Assembly: GCA_964595145.1 (NCBI GenBank)
Contig: CAZQOM010000001.1
Span: 1 to 61,448 of the forward strand
Length of the DNA stretch: 61,448 nt
Origin: an uncultured Anaeroplasmataceae bacterium
Lineage (GTDB): Bacteria > Bacillota_I > Bacilli_A > Acholeplasmatales > Anaeroplasmataceae
Direction of reading: 5' to 3'
The notes under the pieces are model-generated. The model had not been told where the DNA came from. It saw only the letters and a program-made list of their open reading frames with translations, and ran no database searches. Positions within the stretch are counted from its first letter, which is position 1. The number at the start of each line of letters is the position of its first letter. The position numbers and the translations under genes are program-made. Positions 57,345 through 61,448 of this stretch are shown piece by piece.

Positions 57345-58256
57345 ATGCAAATAGAAATTTCTATAAACAATAGTATTAATCAAGAATTAAAAAAATTAAA
57401 AGATGGTGATACATTAATATTAAATGATGGTATTTATAACGAAAAGGTTGAAGTATGGAATAACAATATTACAATTGTTGCTAAAAATAAACATAAGGCA
57501 ATAATTTCTAATATGGATTATTATCATAAAATAATGCCTGATAATAATGAATGTAATACATTTAGAACATATACATTATATGTAGGTGGTAATAATGTAT
57601 TATTAAAAGATTTAGTTATTGAAAATAGATCAACACCTTCTTCTATTTATGGACAGGCTGTTTCATTACACGTTGATGGTAATAATTTTATTTGTAGTGA
57701 ATGTATTATTAAAAGTGCTCAAGATACTCTTTTTACAGGTCCTTTACCAAAGGATTTATTAAAAAGATATGAAAACTTTTATCCAAAAGAAAAATTAAAG
57801 GGTAATCCATCAAAACAAAAATATATTAACTGTCAAATAATAGGTGATGTAGATTTTATATTTGGTTGTGCAACAGCATTATTTGAAAACTGTGAAATAA
57901 TTTCTTTAGATAGAAATTCAAACAGTCCAAGTTATATATGTGCTCCTGCCCATGATAAAAATACAATATATGGATATTTATTTTATAATTGCCATTTGAT
58001 AGGTAATAATCCTACATTTCTTGCAAGACCTTGGCGAGACTATGGTAATGCTGCGTTTATCAATTGTATATTAGATAATCATATAATACCTGAAGGTTTT
58101 AATAAGTGGAATGGTACACAAAGAGATAAAACTGCAAAATTTTATGAATACAGTAAATATTATACAAATAATGATAGAGTATCATGGTCAAAACAAATGA
58201 CTTTTGATGAAGCAGAAGAATTTGTAACAAAATTTAAAGAATATTTAAATTTATAA
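57345..58256 (+). CDS. Pectinesterase (CE8), no signal peptide
   Basis: CE8 motifs are present: GQAVSLHV, AQDTLF, DFIFG and LARPW. Confidence 0.88.
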   Translation: MQIEISINNSINQELKKLKDGDTLILNDGIYNEKVEVWNNNITIVAKNKHKAIISNMDYYHKIMPDNNECNTFRTYTLYVGGNNVLLKDLVIENRSTPSSIYGQAVSLHVDGNNFICSECIIKSAQDTLFTGPLPKDLLKRYENFYPKEKLKGNPSKQKYINCQIIGDVDFIFGCATALFENCEIISLDRNSNSPSYICAPAHDKNTIYGYLFYNCHLIGNNPTFLARPWRDYGNAAFINCILDNHIIPEGFNKWNGTQRDKTAKFYEYSKYYTNNDRVSWSKQMTFDEAEEFVTKFKEYLNL

Positions 58257-58266
58257 TATTACAGAA

Positions 58267-58282
58267 TTCGACAAATTCGACA
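58267..58282 (+). promoter_or_regulatory. Two tandem Spo0A boxes upstream of spo0A
   Basis: TTCGACA occurs at 58267-58273 and again at 58276-58282. Each is the exact reverse complement of the 0A-box consensus TGTCGAA. They lie about 140-150 nt upstream of the spo0A ATG. Confidence 0.55.
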
Positions 58283-58420
58283 CAAAACAACATTATTTAA
58301 CACAATAAAAAATAAAAATTTGTTAATTATAAAAAAATTATTAATTAATTTTTAATAAACTATTGTATTTTATTCTTTTTTCAATTATCATATCACTGTA
58401 AAAATTGGGAGGAATAAAAT

Positions 58421-59203
58421 ATGACAAAAATTATTGTGGCTGATGACAATAAGGATATATTATCTATGATCAGCGAATTTTTAAAAATGCAACCTAATAT
58501 GGAAGTTGCAAAAACTTTTACTAGTGGAAAGGATGTATTAAGCTATTTAGAAGCTAACAAAGTTGATATCTTACTACTAGATATATTTATGCCAGATTTA
58601 GATGGCATAAATATTTTAAACGAAATAAGGTCTAATACAAAATATAATAGACCAAATAAGATTGTAGCAATAACAGCATTTAACACTGAAGCTATTATGA
58701 ATAAGGCATGTGCATTAGGAGCTGATTACTTTATTGTTAAACCTATTGATTTAAATAATCTACAAAAAACTATTAACCAATTAATAAACATTGATTCTAA
58801 TAAAGGTAATACATATAATTTAAAAGAAAAAAGTAAATCAGAAAGCCTTGATTTAAATACCGAAATAACTGAAATATTACATGAAATAGGTGTACCGGCG
58901 CATATAAAAGGATATTTATATTTAAGAGAATCTATTACTATGGTATATAATAATATTGATATTTTAGGAGCAATTACTAAATATCTTTATCCTACGGTTG
59001 CTAAAAAGTTTAAAACCACTTCTTCAAGAGTTGAACGCGCAATAAGACATTCTATTGAAGTTGCTTGGAATAGAGGTAATATAGATGCAATATCACAAAT
59101 ATTTGCTTATACAATAAGCTATAATAAAAGCAAACCAACAAATTCTGAATTTATTGCAATGATTGCTGATAAACTAAGACTTGCACATAAAATAACATAT
59201 TAA
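58421..59203 (+). CDS. spo0A: Sporulation master response regulator Spo0A
   Basis: It has a receiver domain ([14 protein letters not shown]) and the diagnostic effector domain [17 protein letters not shown]...[32 protein letters not shown]. Confidence 0.95.
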   Translation: MTKIIVADDNKDILSMISEFLKMQPNMEVAKTFTSGKDVLSYLEANKVDILLLDIFMPDLDGINILNEIRSNTKYNRPNKIVAITAFNTEAIMNKACALGADYFIVKPIDLNNLQKTINQLINIDSNKGNTYNLKEKSKSESLDLNTEITEILHEIGVPAHIKGYLYLRESITMVYNNIDILGAITKYLYPTVAKKFKTTSSRVERAIRHSIEVAWNRGNIDAISQIFAYTISYNKSKPTNSEFIAMIADKLRLAHKITY

Positions 59204-59206
59204 GTT

Positions 59207-59234
59207 ATGGGACAATTAAGTCCCATTTTTATTT
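59207..59234 (+). terminator. Rho-independent terminator of spo0A
   Basis: atgggac-aattaa-gtcccat is followed by tttttattt. Confidence 0.75.
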
Positions 59235-59380
59235 AAATTTAAAAATATATAGAAAAATAATTTATTTTAATCTATATTTTTATTATCTAACTATTGGTTG
59301 TTTAATATTCAACTATTTAGTTATTAAAACAACTAATAATCGCTTAATATATTAGTTAAATAATATAATTAAAGTATAAA

Positions 59381-59405
59381 AAAAATCTGAAAAATTCAGA
59401 TTTTT
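59381..59405. terminator. Hairpin overlapping the methyltransferase stop codon, flanked by A-runs and T-runs (candidate bidirectional terminator)
   Basis: aaaaatctgaa-aaa-ttcagattttt is present. Confidence 0.55.
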
Positions 59406-60517
59406 TCATTATCACAAAAACATAATTCATAAAGTTTTTGTTTAATATTTAATTCATCTAGCCATTTTGTTATTTCTTCTTTTAAATCTTCTTTATAATT
59501 ATTTTCTAAACAAGCTCTAATTAATACATTTTTAGGAGTAGCCTCTAAATCCACAAATTCTAAAACTTGAGTTTTATAACCATAATATTCTAAAATATTT
59601 GCTCTTATTGAATCAGTTAGTATTGCAGAAAATCTTTCCTTTAATAATCCATATTTTGAAATTAAAGACATAGTTTTGTTGTTTAATTGTAGATTTATTT
59701 CATGTTGACAACATGGAACAGAAAATATATATCTACATTTCATTTTAATTGCATAATAAAGTGCATAATCTGTAGCTGTATCACACGCATGAAGAGTTAT
59801 TATCATATCAACATCATTATCATTTTTAAAATTCGCAATATCGCCTTTAAAGAAACATAAATCATTGTAATTATATTTTTTTGCAATAGCATTACATTTA
59901 TCAATAACATCATCTTTTAAATCTAATCCAATGATTTTACATTTTATATGTTTAATATTAACTAGATAATAATATAAAATAAATGTTAAGTAACTTTTTC
60001 CACAACCAAAATCTATTATTTTTAATTCTTTTTCATTTTTTATTGAATCATCAATCATTTCTAAGAAACGATTAATTTGTTTAAATTTATCAAATTTAGC
60101 TTTAACAACCTTTCCTTCACAAGTCATTATACCTAAATCAATTAATGGTTGAACAATAGTTCCTTCTTCTATAAGATATTGTTTTTTCTTATTGTGTTCT
60201 AAAACAACAAATTCTTTTCTTTGTAGTTTTTTATTAGTTAATAATTTTTTCTTACTAGATATTTTATATGAATATAAATACTCTTTTGTATTTAATTCAA
60301 TACTACGAAAATAATTGTTTAAAATGTCATTTAAATAATCATTTAAATCATTTTCTTCAACATTATTATGAAAAACTTGTTTTTCAGTAAAAAGACTAAC
60401 TTGGATTATTTCTTTTCCTTTAATAATTATTCTTTGTAACTTACCTTTTTTATAATTACATTCTTTATATGGAATAGAAAAAGTACCAGTTATAATATTT
60501 GTTGGAAATTCATACAT
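59396..60517 (-). CDS. Class I SAM-dependent methyltransferase (Methyltransf_32-like)
   Basis: The SAM motif I is IIDFGCGKSYL, with an acidic motif II at GLDL. The length is 373 aa. Confidence 0.7.
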   Translation of the reverse strand: MYEFPTNIITGTFSIPYKECNYKKGKLQRIIIKGKEIIQVSLFTEKQVFHNNVEENDLNDYLNDILNNYFRSIELNTKEYLYSYKISSKKKLLTNKKLQRKEFVVLEHNKKKQYLIEEGTIVQPLIDLGIMTCEGKVVKAKFDKFKQINRFLEMIDDSIKNEKELKIIDFGCGKSYLTFILYYYLVNIKHIKCKIIGLDLKDDVIDKCNAIAKKYNYNDLCFFKGDIANFKNDNDVDMIITLHACDTATDYALYYAIKMKCRYIFSVPCCQHEINLQLNNKTMSLISKYGLLKERFSAILTDSIRANILEYYGYKTQVLEFVDLEATPKNVLIRACLENNYKEDLKEEITKWLDELNIKQKLYELCFCDNEKI

Positions 60518-60534
60518 GATAATATTCCTTTCTT

Positions 60535-60565
60535 GAAAAAAGCATCAGCTTAAAACTGATGCCTT
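60535..60565 (-). terminator. Rho-independent terminator after the DUF1508 gene
   Basis: The minus strand reads GCAUCAG-UUUUAAG-CUGAUGC followed by UUUUUUCAA. Confidence 0.75.
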
Positions 60566-60570
60566 TGAAA

Positions 60571-61448
60571 TTACTTCTTTTCTTCTATTTCAGCATTTTT
60601 GAAGAATGATACAACAGATAATGCTGCAGATTCTGCTAATTGTTTAGAATTATACGTTTCACCAATATTTGCAAGTCTACCACTAGCAGTATATAAATTA
60701 TAATGATAATGTTCATTTTTATCCTTTAAGATTTTAAATGTTCCAGTTTCAACATTATGTTTAAAGCTTTCAATAGAACTCATAACACCTGTTTTTGATG
60801 TATAACCTTCAGCTTGACATAAAATTTGACCATTAGAAGCTTTTAAATCCCAGCTATATTCACCATCAAATTTTTCAACTAAATATTTACCACCATTTTT
60901 TTCTTCTGCAGAAGATGTATCAACAAGTGCTTCAACAATATTATCTTGATTAGCAGGAGTTTCAATTTCAACAACATTAGAATTTAATGCAAACTTTTTA
61001 AAAGATTCAGAAGCACTTGTAGCTCTCTTTTCAGTTGCATAAGATGATCCTAACGCAATAACACGATAATTTTTAGAAGTTAATTTAAATTTAAATAAAC
61101 CTTTTTTATCTTTGAAAATTCTTATTTCACCAGTTTCAACATTTCTCTTAACAGCTTCAATAGCTTTTAAAGTACTATCTTTAGTTGTATAAACTTCACT
61201 AACTACTAATAATTCACCATTAGAAGCTTTTAAACGATATTGATATCCATCACCACTTGGATATACTTCATATTTACCTGAATAAACTCTACCCTTTTGT
61301 TCTGTAGTTTCTTCTACTTTAGGAGTAGTAGCCTTTTTAGTTGTAGTCTTCTTTGTAGTAGGTTTTTCTTCTGTCTTTTCTTCAACAGGTTTTTCTTCTA
61401 CTTTTTCTTCTGCTTTAGTAGCTACTTTTTTAGTTGTAGTTTTCTTTG
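60571..61448 (-). CDS. YegP/DUF1508 repeat protein (four DUF1508 units) with a Lys/Thr/Glu-rich N-terminal region. The N-terminus lies beyond the right window edge.
   Basis: The track shows only the last 70 aa, from an internal Met. The same frame stays open to 61448, as I verified by reading it. The translation is ..KKTTTKKVATKAEEKVEEKP..GKYEVYPSGDGYQYRLKASNGELL.. followed by three more units. Confidence 0.8.
   Translation of the reverse strand, partial: KKTTTKKVATKAEEKVEEKPVEEKTEEKPTTKKTTTKKATTPKVEETTEQKGRVYSGKYEVYPSGDGYQYRLKASNGELLVVSEVYTTKDSTLKAIEAVKRNVETGEIRIFKDKKGLFKFKLTSKNYRVIALGSSYATEKRATSASESFKKFALNSNVVEIETPANQDNIVEALVDTSSAEEKNGGKYLVEKFDGEYSWDLKASNGQILCQAEGYTSKTGVMSSIESFKHNVETGTFKILKDKNEHYHYNLYTASGRLANIGETYNSKQLAESAALSVVSFFKNAEIEEKK

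Overview
This is a very AT-rich chromosomal segment of a low-GC Bacillota-type organism (GC judged by eye to be well below 35%). It uses the standard code: TGG encodes Trp, and TAA, TAG and TGA all act as stops. I count about 55 protein genes. Roughly 50 are on the minus strand, tightly packed, with many 1-17 nt overlaps. Left to right: (i) 1-3985 is a surface protein of more than 1328 aa with DUF285/BspA-like 26-residue LRRs, a Listeria-Bacteroides repeat and MBG-type repeats. It runs off the left edge, which explains its absence from the ORF track. (ii) 4.3-14.7 kb is a housekeeping block: XRE regulator, rlmN, T-box(Phe)-controlled pheST, yhaM, pullulanase, cca and a yigZ-family gene. (iii) 14.6-24.2 kb is a Bacillus-like synteny block: spoIIID, a spoIIQ-like gene, DUF1146, atpC-D-G-A-H-F-E-B, atpI, an atpZ-like gene, upp and rpiB. 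Here atpA is interrupted by one in-frame TAA, and the c subunit carries a two-carboxylate Na+-type ion site. (iv) 24.6-41.4 kb is a hexuronate-type island. It holds two tandem enoate-reductase-like flavoproteins, uxuA, an SDR mannonate oxidoreductase, an orphan lipoprotein, an esterase, a CUT2-type ABC importer with unusual Lys/Glu-rich insertions, and a divergent 772-aa AraC fusion regulator. (v) 41.5-58.3 kb is a pectin utilisation locus. It holds an intracellular GH28, a ten-gene CUT1 ABC operon with five uncharacterised polytopic membrane proteins (four bracket the MalK-type ATPase), a 1130-aa beta-helix (PL9-like) lipoprotein, an Ig-repeat lipoprotein and a CE8 pectinesterase. (vi) The right end has spo0A preceded by tandem 0A boxes, a SAM methyltransferase, and a 4x DUF1508 protein that runs off the right edge. 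I recognised no rRNA, tRNA, CRISPR array, transposase, integrase or classical defence gene. The best candidate for something undescribed is the set of orphan membrane proteins translationally coupled to the ABC ATPase at 43.6-47.3 kb, plus one more at 51.4-52.1 kb. All functional calls rest on motif recognition from memory, because no searches could be run.
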